DNA from: an uncultured Clostridia bacterium
Lineage (GTDB): Bacteria; Bacillota; Clostridia; Lachnospirales; Lachnospiraceae
Direction: 5' to 3'
Length of the DNA: 64,000 bases
NCBI GenBank assembly: GCA_946629525.1
Contig: CAMOXU010000001.1
Span: 6,306 to 70,305, forward strand
Positions 39,119 to 47,796 of the stretch are shown one piece after another. The notes under the pieces were generated by a model, which had not been told where the DNA came from, did no database searches, and worked only from the letters and a program-made list of their open reading frames with translations. The translations under genes were made by a program, and so were the position numbers. Position 1 is the first letter of the stretch; every line of letters starts with the position of its first letter.

Positions 39119-40261
39119 TCAGTTGAGCGGAGCGTAAGTTCTTACTCTCTTCTCAACTTCGGCTTCCGCCTCCTTCTCGGAGATATTGCGGATCTCCGCC
39201 GGCGGCTCCTGAATTTCATGGAAGATCATGCAGTTCGGAGTATCCAGCTTCTGCGGACGTCCCTTCATCGCAATGATTCCCTTATCATAATCGATCGTGA
39301 ACGTCGTTATGGTTCCCTCACCGTTGTTCACGACCGCAATATGCTTCTGATCCGGGAAGAGCGCAATATCCTTCGGATAAGCGCCGGATGTAGGAAGCGC
39401 GAACAGTCTGTCGAGTCTTCCGGACACCTTGTCGATCTTGTAGCAGGCGATGGAATCGTCTCCGGATGTCGAGCAGAACAGGTACTCGCCGTCATAAGAG
39501 AGACGCATTGCAGATGCCGCGTCATGCGGATCCCTCGCGTTCGAAAGTGTGGAAACTTCCTGAACAAGATCAAATCTCGGGAAACCGTTCTTTCCGATAT
39601 AATAATCGTACACGCGGATCTCGTTCGTGATCTGGCAGAGTACATACGCGTGATGTCCGTCTTTGCTGAAGTGAATGCTCTTCGGGCCGACTTCCTTTCC
39701 CATGCGGAGGACATCTACTTCCTTCAGCTTATTGAGACGATGGTCGATCTGATAAATCATGACCTGATCCAGGGCCTCATCCACCGCGCAGAGGAAATGA
39801 TTGTCCGGAGTGATACGTACACAGGTGACATGCGGTCTGAAGGAACGCTCGTTGATCGCTCCCTGTCCGCGGTGATAGACACCATCCATGACACTGCCGA
39901 GACTGCCGTCCTTATGCGTATGGACAACCGTGACTTTGCCGTCATGATAGCCGGCTACAAAGAGATACTTGCCCTGATAGTCTGTGGAGAGATGTGTGCC
40001 TCTCATGCCGTCGATATCGACCTGATTGATCGATGTAAGGTCTCCGTTCGGAGCGATCTCATACACTTCAACGCCTTCATCAGCGATTGAATACAGGAAT
40101 TTTCCGCTTCTTGAAGCGATCAGGTAAGATGAGTTGTTTACCGGTACAACTCTGCGAAGATAAAGCAGGCCTTCCTCAACATCTACGTCATAAATATGAA
40201 TACCTTTGCTTTTTCCATTCGTATAAGTGCCGACATAAGCGACATACTTTCCTGCAGCCAT
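39119..40261 (-). CDS. pgl: Lactonase family beta-propeller (6-phosphogluconolactonase-like)
   Basis: AYVGTYT..SKGI, HLSTD..GKYLFVAGY, PHV.C...TPD, GPK...FSKDG, GAYPKD. Confidence 0.85.
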   Translation of the reverse strand: MAAGKYVAYVGTYTNGKSKGIHIYDVDVEEGLLYLRRVVPVNNSSYLIASRSGKFLYSIADEGVEVYEIAPNGDLTSINQVDIDGMRGTHLSTDYQGKYLFVAGYHDGKVTVVHTHKDGSLGSVMDGVYHRGQGAINERSFRPHVTCVRITPDNHFLCAVDEALDQVMIYQIDHRLNKLKEVDVLRMGKEVGPKSIHFSKDGHHAYVLCQITNEIRVYDYYIGKNGFPRFDLVQEVSTLSNARDPHDAASAMRLSYDGEYLFCSTSGDDSIACYKIDKVSGRLDRLFALPTSGAYPKDIALFPDQKHIAVVNNGEGTITTFTIDYDKGIIAMKGRPQKLDTPNCMIFHEIQEPPAEIRNISEKEAEAEVEKRVRTYAPLN

Positions 40262-40491
40262 AATCTTCTCCTTGTAAAAGAATCAAAAAACATTCCAGCC
40301 TGTACGGATCCAAACATGAGAAAGAGGCTATGCCTCCTCTTCACGGTATTGGTGATTCTGCATAAAAGAGGGAGCCGGAATCACCTCCGATTAGCTGAAA
40401 AGCTACATGTCGTTTTCATTATAGTACAAACTATCTGCATTTTCTACAGTTTCAAACGACGAAATGTACTTTTTTGCTATCGCTTTACACA

Positions 40492-41496
40492 TCATCTGAT
40501 TCTCTCAGGGAACCCGATCTTCTTATGCACTTTTCTCAGAGTCTTGTTCGCGTAATAGCCTGCCTTCTCGGCATTGTTCTTGATGATCCCGTCGATATAT
40601 GCCTTCTCCTTTGAAAGCTCCGCGCATCTCTTCTGGAGGGGAGCGAGGATCTCAATGACGCTCTCTCCGACCGCTTCCTTCAGCTGGCCGTATCCCAGAC
40701 CGGAGAACTCGGCGACCGCTTCATCCGGAGTCTTATTGGTGCACGCACAGTAAATATCGATCAGGTTCATGATACCCGGCTGCTCTTCTCTGTAGCAGAT
40801 CGTCGCCTCGGAATCCGTCACGGCACGCTTGAACTTTCTGCGGATCGTGTCCGGATCGTCCATGAGGTAAATGCTGGCATTCGGATTCTCATCCGATTTC
40901 GACATCTTTTTGGAAGGATCCTGAAGGCTTCTGATCCTTGCGCCCGCCTTCCCGATGTACGGCTCCGGGATCGTGAACACATTGCCGTAAATGTTATTAA
41001 AGCGGTTCGCTATATCTCTTGTGATCTCCAGATGCTGCAGCTGGTCATGTCCGACCGGGACCAGATCCGCCTGATACAGAAGAATATCCGCCGCCATGAG
41101 GACCGGATAAGCAAAGAGGCCGACATTGATATTATCTGCATGCTTTGCGCTCTTGTCCTTGAACTGAGTCATGCGGCTCATTTCTCCCATATAGGTATAG
41201 CAGTTGAGGATCCATGCGAGCTCCGCATGGGCCGATACATGGGACTGATAGTAGATGCACGCTTTCTCCGGATCGATCCCCGCCGCAATATAGAGCGTGA
41301 GCAGCGCACGCGCGCGCTTTCTGAGCTCAGCCGGATCATGTCTCACGGTGATCGAGTGCTCGTCGACAACACTGTAAAAGCACATATATTCATCCGAGAG
41401 TGAGACCCAGTTCTTCAGCGCTCCGAGATAATTTCCGAGCGTGAGATTTCCTGTCGCCTGCATACCTGAAAATAAAACCTTTTTGCCATCCAGCAT
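40492..41496 (-). CDS. trpS: Tryptophanyl-tRNA synthetase
   Basis: FSGMQATGNLTLGNYLGA, YPVLMAADILLY, VPVGHDQ.QHLE, KMSKS. Confidence 0.97.
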   Translation of the reverse strand: MLDGKKVLFSGMQATGNLTLGNYLGALKNWVSLSDEYMCFYSVVDEHSITVRHDPAELRKRARALLTLYIAAGIDPEKACIYYQSHVSAHAELAWILNCYTYMGEMSRMTQFKDKSAKHADNINVGLFAYPVLMAADILLYQADLVPVGHDQLQHLEITRDIANRFNNIYGNVFTIPEPYIGKAGARIRSLQDPSKKMSKSDENPNASIYLMDDPDTIRRKFKRAVTDSEATICYREEQPGIMNLIDIYCACTNKTPDEAVAEFSGLGYGQLKEAVGESVIEILAPLQKRCAELSKEKAYIDGIIKNNAEKAGYYANKTLRKVHKKIGFPERIR

Positions 41497-41662
41497 AAAT
41501 CTTTACCTGCCTTCCTGGTAAGGAAATGATCATTTCCTTCCTGTAAAATCATATTGCCAACTATTGAACTTCCCGCTCCCGGCCCCCGCACCGGTGCATA
41601 CGGGAAGAATAAAAGCCTCCGGCCCGCAGCCGCGCCGCATTGTTTCATCGCTTCCTGCGATG

Positions 41663-43027
41663 CTATGCGGCATAATATCCGAACAGGAACGCGGCGACCA
41701 CCGCAAAGATCACGATGACCCAGTTGCACACCCTCGTCAGAACGCGGTCAAGGCCTGTCGCATTTCTCCCCGCAGCCCCGCAGATCGCCATTCCGGTGAT
41801 CGGATACAGGATGATCGTCGGAATATAGCAGAAATTCATCGCGGAGACGATCGGATTCCTGAGACAGAAGACCGTATATCCAATCAGCGCTCCGAGATAT
41901 CCGACACCCGTGAACACCTTGATCTCCCTCCTCATCCGATGCCCCATGAGGGACCGGATCCACATGACGTGGAAGAGAATGCACAGGAGAATATTCATGA
42001 AGAGAAGCAGCCCGGCCATGATGTGGGTGGGCCGAAGCTCCATATTAATGGCGTTGTAGTCAAAGATCGCGGTCTTCAGAGTCTGTGCCCATATATTGTA
42101 CAGATACTTTCCCCCGGAATCGATCTGCATATCGGAAAATTCATTGATGGAAGGGAGCTTTATGCGCATCCACACGGAATACCTTCCTTTGAGCATCTCC
42201 CATGACTCATAGCTGAATTTCCGATAAAAGAGAGGCACTCCGAACCGGATCAGATTATAGACCGGCCACCACAGCGCTCCGATGCCCGCAATAAGAAAGA
42301 ACCTTTCGAAGGGAGCCTTCAGGCTCTTTCTGGAAAACCGCTTGTCCCTCACCGACAGTGCCATGACAGAGAGGACAGCCGGAAGGATCGCACTCGCGGT
42401 ATAGGAAACACTCATTCCCAGCCCGAGAAAGACCGCCGCCCTCGTTATATGCTTCATTTCCTTCGTCCGGTACCACGTGATGGAATTATAGAGAGCGAAG
42501 GTACAGAACATGAAGCACATGGCCTCCGGCGAAAAGGACGCACCGATGATGTAGAATGCCGGAAAAAATGTCATGAATAAAATGGACGCGACCAGCTCTC
42601 TGCCGACAAGTCCGCACTTTCTCAGAATACCGATCACGCACAGCGAACCGGCCGTCACGAAGATCGCATTCACGCACTGCAGACAATGCAGACACGTCCC
42701 GATCTTCCATCCGGCTGCACGGTGGAACACTTCGAGAAAAAGGGCGCAGAACACATGATAGAGAGGAGGCGATTCAAAGCCGCTCACAGTTCTCGGATCA
42801 AAATCGGGAAGACGGTGATTCTCGAACAGATACTGAATCACTCCGAGAGTCCCCTCGTGCGCCTGCCCCGATTCAAGATACGTCCATGTACCCAGATTTC
42901 TCGCCTGGAAATTATATCCCGAACTGACGTCAAATATTATTTTCAGAAAAAAGCCGATCATGATCACGAATGCGATCCAGAACTCATCCGGAAAACCAAG
43001 GATCCGCTTTGTCGCATTATCATCCAT
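41663..43027 (-). CDS. GT-C fold membrane glycosyltransferase (ArnT/PMT-like)
   Basis: About 11 TM helices; first loop H.G.IQYL...RLPD...E.PPLYH; WWPVYNLIRFG. Confidence 0.65.
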   Translation of the reverse strand: MDDNATKRILGFPDEFWIAFVIMIGFFLKIIFDVSSGYNFQARNLGTWTYLESGQAHEGTLGVIQYLFENHRLPDFDPRTVSGFESPPLYHVFCALFLEVFHRAAGWKIGTCLHCLQCVNAIFVTAGSLCVIGILRKCGLVGRELVASILFMTFFPAFYIIGASFSPEAMCFMFCTFALYNSITWYRTKEMKHITRAAVFLGLGMSVSYTASAILPAVLSVMALSVRDKRFSRKSLKAPFERFFLIAGIGALWWPVYNLIRFGVPLFYRKFSYESWEMLKGRYSVWMRIKLPSINEFSDMQIDSGGKYLYNIWAQTLKTAIFDYNAINMELRPTHIMAGLLLFMNILLCILFHVMWIRSLMGHRMRREIKVFTGVGYLGALIGYTVFCLRNPIVSAMNFCYIPTIILYPITGMAICGAAGRNATGLDRVLTRVCNWVIVIFAVVAAFLFGYYAA

Positions 43028-43125
43028 AAAATGTATTGTATCATGCCCGGGACTGCTCCACCAGTCCGGAAATCAGCCGAAGCCTTTCTTCCTGCAGAGC
43101 ATACATTTCCTGACGTGCCGGACGA

Positions 43126-44406
43126 TCAGAGATAATGAATAAAGAGGCCGCTCCGGAGCTTCGGCTCGAACCAGGTGGATTTGGGAGGCATGATCTCCCC
43201 TGCATCCGCTATATTCATAAGATCATCTGTCGTCGTCGGGTACATTGCGAAAGCTGCCGCCGCACCGCCGTCGACCAGCCGGATCAGTTCAAGAAGTCCG
43301 CGGATCCCGCCGACGAAGGAAATTCTGCGGTCCGTCCTCGGATCGCCGATCTTAAGGACCGGCGTCAGCAGATTTTTCTGAAGGATCGAGACGTCGAGCT
43401 GTCCGACCGGATCCGTTTCGTCGAAAGTCCCTGCCTTCGCGGTCAGTCTGTACCATTTTCCTTCAAGGTAGAGGCTGAACGTATGCTTGCTCACAGGACG
43501 GAAGACGGAGAGCTCCTCCTCGGTAAGATCCGAGTGATTCTCACGCATCGGCGGAAGCTCACAGATCTCAAAGGAATCCGCGACTGCCTTGAGAAAAGAC
43601 TCTGCATCCATCCCGCAAAGATCCTTCACGACTCTGTTATAGTCATAGATCCGAAGCTCCTCGACCGGGAAGAGGACCGAGAGGAAGAAATTGAACTCCT
43701 CCGTTCCGTCATAATCCGGGTGCTCCGCCCGTCTCTTCTCCCCCACGCGCACCGCGGAGGCGGATCTGTGATGCCCGTCTGCGATGTAGAAGGAAGGCAC
43801 CGTTCCGAGCTTCGCCTGAATATCGGCCTCCACATGAGCGTCATCGATCACCCACACCGTATGGCGGATCCCGTCTGAAGACGTGAAATCATAGAGGGGC
43901 TCGTGTGCATCCATCCATTCTCCGGTCATGGCCCGAAGACCAATCGTGTCCCGGAAAGTCAGGAAGATAGGACCCGTGTTCGCATTCAGCGTATCGACGT
44001 GGCGGATCCGGTCTTCCTCCTTGTCCGCCCTGGTCAGCTCATGCTTTTTTATGACATTCTTATTATAATCGTCGATGGACGCGCAGCCGACAAGACCGGC
44101 CTGCGATCTGCCGTCCATGATCTGTCTGTAAATGTAGTAGACCGGGGCACTCTCCCTGACATTGATGCCCTCGCTGAGCATCCTCTCCAGATTCTCGGAG
44201 GCCTTCTCATAGACTCTCCTGTCATAAATGTCAATGTACGGGTCGAGATCGACCTCTCCTCTGTCCACATGAAGAAAAGACCACGGATGTCCCTTCACCA
44301 TTTCACGTGCTTCCGCACTGCTCATCACATCGTACGGAAGAGCTGCCACCTCACCTGCATATTCTTTTGCAGGTCTTACTGCTCTGAACGGTCTGAATAC
44401 GGCCAT
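43126..44406 (-). CDS. DUF1015 family protein (ParB/Srx-like, SerK-related)
   Basis: RPFRAVRP, ALPYDV, IKKHELTR..KE.DR, YIADGHHR, MPPKSTWFEPKLRSGL. Confidence 0.92.
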   Translation of the reverse strand: MAVFRPFRAVRPAKEYAGEVAALPYDVMSSAEAREMVKGHPWSFLHVDRGEVDLDPYIDIYDRRVYEKASENLERMLSEGINVRESAPVYYIYRQIMDGRSQAGLVGCASIDDYNKNVIKKHELTRADKEEDRIRHVDTLNANTGPIFLTFRDTIGLRAMTGEWMDAHEPLYDFTSSDGIRHTVWVIDDAHVEADIQAKLGTVPSFYIADGHHRSASAVRVGEKRRAEHPDYDGTEEFNFFLSVLFPVEELRIYDYNRVVKDLCGMDAESFLKAVADSFEICELPPMRENHSDLTEEELSVFRPVSKHTFSLYLEGKWYRLTAKAGTFDETDPVGQLDVSILQKNLLTPVLKIGDPRTDRRISFVGGIRGLLELIRLVDGGAAAAFAMYPTTTDDLMNIADAGEIMPPKSTWFEPKLRSGLFIHYL

Positions 44407-44454
44407 ATTCTATCCTTCCTGTTCAAGTCTCCCCAAAGTAATAAGAAACATTTC

Positions 44455-44531
44455 ATTCAGGAACGCCTCGGTGTTCCTGCCGCGCCGCGCGGGATGCGGA
44501 GCACCTTCCAATTGCGCGGCTGCGGTAAAAC
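44455..44531 (+). repeat. Dispersed two-hairpin repeat family B, copy 3
   Basis: attcaggaacgcctcggtgttcctgccgcgccgcgcgggatgcggagcaccttccaattgcgcggctgcggtaaaa. Confidence 0.8.
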
Positions 44532-44717
44532 CAGTGCAGGGCGTCCAGATCCTGATCCCGCTTGACTGTGCGGCATATCAGGATATGAGCGCCCCGCTTC
44601 TTCATTATTTAATCTCCGGCGCATACTCCCGCGGATGTATTCGCGATAGGAATGCGCGTCATGATACTTCTCTCCGACAAGGGATACGGACCCCGGTCAG
44701 AGATGAGAGTCTCCGGC

Positions 44718-45806
44718 TCAGTGAGCGGCTGCGAACTCCTTCATATAGGCAACGAGAGCTTCAACACCCTCTTTCGGCATAGCGTTGTAGATCGAAGCGC
44801 GCATGCCGCCTACAAGTCTGTGGCCCTTCAGATTCGAGAAACCGTGCGCTGCCTGTCCCTTGACAAATTCAGCGTCGAGCGCCTCGTCCCCCGTGCGGAA
44901 GGTCACGTTCATGAGAGAACGGTCTTCCTTTGCGGCTGCAGCCTTATAGAAATCCTGAGAATCAAGGTAGTCATAGAGGATCGCGGCCTTCTCCTCGTTC
45001 CGTCTCTTCATTTCCTCGAGTCCGCCCTGCTCCATCAGATAATCCGTCACGAGCTTGACGAAGTAGATCGGGAAGCACGGAGGTGTATTGATCATGGACC
45101 GCTTTTCCGCATTCAGCGCGTAATCCCAGATCTTCGGTGTGATCGGCATCGCATTGCCGATCAGATCCTCGCGGACGATCACGATCGCAAGGCCCGCAGG
45201 TGCAAGGTTCTTCTGAACGCCCGCGTAGATCATACCGAACTTCGATACGTCGACCGGCTCAGAGAGAATACTCGAGGACATGTCGGCCACAAGCGGGACA
45301 TTTCCTGTCTCCGGAATATAGTGATAGACCGTGCCGAAGATTGTGTTGTTCCAGCAGACATGGACGTAATCCGCGTCCGGAGTGAGCTGAAGCTCCTCCT
45401 GCTTCGGGATCCGGCTGAAATTCTCCGACTTTGTCGTCGCAGCTTCCCGCGCATCCTTCAGATATTTTTTCGCTTCCTTAAGGGCAGCACCGGAGAAATT
45501 TCCGCTCACGATATAATCCGCGATTCCTGTCTTGTTTCCAAGGTTCATGGGCAGGGATGCGAACACACCGCTCGCGCCGCCCTGGAGGAACAGGACTTTA
45601 TAGTTGTCAGGGATCCCCATAATTTTCCGCAGATTCTCTTCCGCCGCGTTGATAATATCGTCAAACACTTTGGATCTGTGGCTCATCTCCAGAACGGACA
45701 TTCCTGAGCCGCCGCAGTTCAAAAGTTCCTTCTGTGCTCTCAGCAATACGGGTTCCGGCAGGATCGATGGCCCTGCAGAGAAATTATAGATTCTTCCTTC
45801 AATCAT
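44718..45806 (-). CDS. serC: Phosphoserine aminotransferase
   Basis: YNFSAGPS, SVLEMSHRS, FLQGGAS, ADMSS, YAGVQKN, NTPP, GHRLVGGMRASIYNA. Confidence 0.97.
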   Translation of the reverse strand: MIEGRIYNFSAGPSILPEPVLLRAQKELLNCGGSGMSVLEMSHRSKVFDDIINAAEENLRKIMGIPDNYKVLFLQGGASGVFASLPMNLGNKTGIADYIVSGNFSGAALKEAKKYLKDAREAATTKSENFSRIPKQEELQLTPDADYVHVCWNNTIFGTVYHYIPETGNVPLVADMSSSILSEPVDVSKFGMIYAGVQKNLAPAGLAIVIVREDLIGNAMPITPKIWDYALNAEKRSMINTPPCFPIYFVKLVTDYLMEQGGLEEMKRRNEEKAAILYDYLDSQDFYKAAAAKEDRSLMNVTFRTGDEALDAEFVKGQAAHGFSNLKGHRLVGGMRASIYNAMPKEGVEALVAYMKEFAAAH

Positions 45807-45851
45807 CGTAAAAGCCTCCTTAGGTAATGTGCCTTTCTATATCAAATCCAT

Positions 45852-45881
45852 ATTATAGGGCACACTGTGCAGGATTTGCAA
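45852..45881 (-). promoter_or_regulatory. Sigma-A promoter of serC
   Basis: TTGCAA-18-TATAAT on the minus strand. Confidence 0.55.
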
Positions 45882-45976
45882 GAGCGAAGTACGCTCATCG
45901 AAAACTTACGTCACCGAAAATATAAGGCAAAAGAATAAAGAAGACTTACATATCCGAAAACAGCATAAAAAGAACA

Positions 45977-46099
45977 AAGAGCCGCATTGTGGCTCTTTGC
46001 GCGCTGGTGTGCGCAAGCGTCAGCTGCACTTTCAGATGCGCACCAGTCGCATCCTCGCGGAGCGTTTTTGTGTAATAGGAAACGAAGTTTCCTATTACA
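45977..46099. repeat. Cluster of three hairpins (REP-like element/terminators)
   Basis: aaagagccgc-att-gtggctcttt; gcgctggtgtgc...gcgcaccagtcgc; perfect tgtaataggaaac-gaa-gtttcctattaca. Confidence 0.55.
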
Positions 46100-46101
46100 T
46101 T

Positions 46102-46139
46102 AAAAAACGGATCCGGGGGCCCCCGAAGCCCCGGATCCG
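46102..46139 (-). terminator. Intrinsic terminator of the putative ncRNA
   Basis: 11-bp GC stem cggatccgggg/ccccggatccg followed by T6. Confidence 0.85.
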
Positions 46140-46361
46140 CCCGCTGCGAACCCCTCAGTATTCATCCCGCTTTGAAGCGGAACTATCCGCAGCGCAGACT
46201 ATTGGAACAGCAGGCCATACGAGAGCGACCAAAGATCCTCTCGAAAGGCGGCCCGCATGAATGTCAGGCTGACTGTTCATGTAAACCAGACGAGTTTACA
46301 TTCATAATTCGGCCTGCTTTGCAGGCCTTTTTATCGAAAGTTCCTTACGGAACTTCCGATA
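46102..46361 (-). ncRNA. Putative ~260-nt structured non-coding RNA with its own promoter and terminator (family unassigned; possibly a Clostridiales-type Rfam motif)
   Basis: TATAAT at 46373-46368; consecutive stems across the whole length; strong terminator cggatccgggg-cttcggggg-ccccggatccg-TTTTTT; no RBS-led ORF. Confidence 0.7.
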
Positions 46362-46366
46362 AGATT
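46330..46366. repeat. REP-like palindrome family A, copy 4 (5' hairpin of the putative ncRNA)
   Basis: tttatcgaaagttccttacggaacttccgataagatt. Confidence 0.65.
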
Positions 46367-46583
46367 CATTATAGTCCGAATGACGTTCGAGTTCCACCTT
46401 TATATGTAAAAATTTTTCACACCCTTCTTTTCTGCATGCTTCGTTCTCTTCAGACTTCTCGCAGGAAATTTACCGCATTCGGAAGTCAGATCGATGTTCT
46501 CCGGAATACTCTTCATGGAAATTCCGTCACAGGGTTGGTATAATGAATCTAAAGATTCCCCACGTTAAGAAAGGAGCCGGCAT

Positions 46584-47681
46584 ATGGAAAAGGATATACG
46601 GCAAATTGTGATCACCGGCGGTCCCTGCGGCGGCAAATCGACCGCCGTCGGATGGATTCAGAGCAATCTTTCGAAAGAGGGCTGGAGGGTCCTCGTCGTT
46701 CCCGAGACGGCCACGGAATTCATCACGGGCGGTGTCGCACCCTGGACCTGCGGCAGCAATCTCGACTATCAGAAGTGTCAGATGTCGCTCCAGCTCGAGA
46801 AAGAGCGTCTCTTCCGAAAGGCTGCTCTCACAATGCCGGATGAGAAGATCCTGATCGTCTGTGACCGCGGCGCACTGGACAACAGAGTCTATATGAATGA
46901 CGAGGAATTCGCGGCTGTCCTCGCCGAAGTCGGTCAGAATGAGGTCGCCCTTCTCGACCGCTATGACGCTGTCTATCATCTGGTGACGGCGGCAAAGGGC
47001 GCTGTCGAGTTCTACACCACCGCGAACAACGGAGCCCGCATCGAAACACCCGAGCAGGCAGCCGCCATGGACGACAAGTTCATCGATGCCTGGACCGGCC
47101 ATCCACATCTCCGGATCATCGACAATCGGGGGAATTTTGCGGAGAAAATGCAGCACCTGATCCGGGAGATCACCGCTTTCTGCGGATGTCCGAGCATGAT
47201 CAACAACAGGCGTAAGTACCTGATCCGGTATCCGGACACGGAGGATCTTATGCGCATGCGGGGCGTACGGAAGCTGGAGATCACAAAGACCTATCTCCGG
47301 GCTCCGGCCGACGAAAGCATCTGGCTTCGGAAAAGCGGTTCCGGAGGTCACTATACTTACATGGAGATCACGCGGCGCTGGCCTGTATCCGATGAGAGGA
47401 TCGAGATCGAACGGCGTCTCACGGTGGATGAATATGTTCGTCTTCTGCTCGAGGCAGATCCTTCCTATAAGGATGTGACGAAGACCAGGTACTGCTTTGC
47501 CTGGAAAAACAATTATTTCCAGATCGACCTCTATCCCTTCTGGAAGAATCGGGCGATCGCGATCGTCGAGCAGTTGAAGGACGCGGAACGGGAAATCGAA
47601 TTCCCTGACGGAATCGAAATGATCCGGGATGTGACCGACGATCCGGAATATAAGAACACAAAAATAGCGAGTCTCGTCTGA
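46584..47681 (+). CDS. NadR/Ttd14-like AAA_28 P-loop kinase fused to a degenerate CYTH domain
   Basis: ITGGPCGGKST, VPETAT, CDRGALD, HLVTAAKGA, NNGARIET, WTGHPHLRIIDN; C-terminal CYTH-like RRKYLI, TYL, KTRYCF, FQIDLY, DVTDDPEYKN; AAGGAG RBS; TGGTATAAT extended -10 at 46536-46544. Confidence 0.82.
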   Translation: MEKDIRQIVITGGPCGGKSTAVGWIQSNLSKEGWRVLVVPETATEFITGGVAPWTCGSNLDYQKCQMSLQLEKERLFRKAALTMPDEKILIVCDRGALDNRVYMNDEEFAAVLAEVGQNEVALLDRYDAVYHLVTAAKGAVEFYTTANNGARIETPEQAAAMDDKFIDAWTGHPHLRIIDNRGNFAEKMQHLIREITAFCGCPSMINNRRKYLIRYPDTEDLMRMRGVRKLEITKTYLRAPADESIWLRKSGSGGHYTYMEITRRWPVSDERIEIERRLTVDEYVRLLLEADPSYKDVTKTRYCFAWKNNYFQIDLYPFWKNRAIAIVEQLKDAEREIEFPDGIEMIRDVTDDPEYKNTKIASLV

Positions 47682-47796
47682 AGAGACTCGCTTTCACGCT
47701 CTTCCATGCTGTGCACGGTGAGAAACGCTTCCTAATTTGCGCAGCTGAGGCCCGCCGGATGTTTTATTCATGTAACTTGCAGTATCATCCATTTCG

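Noticed and set aside
45997-46543. Plus-strand ORFs 45997-46260 and 46172-46543
   Set aside because: They have TTG starts, no RBS and no motifs, and they overlap hairpin clusters and the antisense strand of the putative ncRNA.
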